Source of the DNA: Tubiluchus corallicola
Lineage: Eukaryota > Animalia > Priapulida
Length of the DNA stretch: 64,000 nt
Assembly (NCBI GenBank): GCA_030141605.1
Contig: JAQGDQ010000061.1
Location: 1 to 64,000 of the forward strand
Direction of reading: 5' to 3'
Made by a program: the position numbers and the translations under genes. Of the stretch, positions 63,860 through 64,000 are shown piece after piece (within the stretch, counting starts at the first letter, position 1; each line of letters starts with the position of its first letter). The notes beneath the pieces are model-generated. The model was not told the origin of the DNA. It saw nothing but the letters and a program-made list of their open reading frames with translations, and made no database searches.

Positions 63860-64000
63860 GTTTTGAAAAACTTTATCTTTTTTGTACAACATATCTATTT
63901 TATTGTTTTTTATGTAGTTTAGTATTACAAAAATTTGTGATATTTTGTGGGAATACCTGCAAATTAGCAAGATCAGTATTGTTCTGTAACAAATATAAAA

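Overview
AT-rich, intron-rich animal genomic DNA. The protein similarities and gene density suggest an invertebrate deuterostome, possibly a tunicate, but this is inference only. I assembled the genes by hand from splice signals and reading-frame phase. In order: the last 4 exons of TAMM41 (+, 789-6027); a complete 13-exon PLXDC (plexin-domain-containing) receptor gene (+, 9311-27268); an antisense 3-exon gene for a secreted 10-cysteine prokineticin/astakine-like peptide nested in PLXDC intron 3 (-, 15856-17901; the ORF track shows only its last exon); DHODH with an intronless catalytic ORF (-, 31001-32194); a complete 16-exon GUF1/LepA gene (-, 33632-46963, one GC-AG intron); and the first 16 exons of CAD (+, from 49946, running off the window), head-to-head with GUF1. 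Introns hold many MITEs (pogo/Tigger, hAT, PIF/Harbinger types), a 5'-truncated LINE, an LTR remnant and microsatellites. The top leads are (1) CAD and DHODH, consecutive de novo pyrimidine enzymes, lying about 18 kb apart, with DHODH looking like a retroposed gene, and (2) the nested secreted prokineticin-fold peptide inside a receptor gene. No database searches were possible; names rest on recognised motifs.
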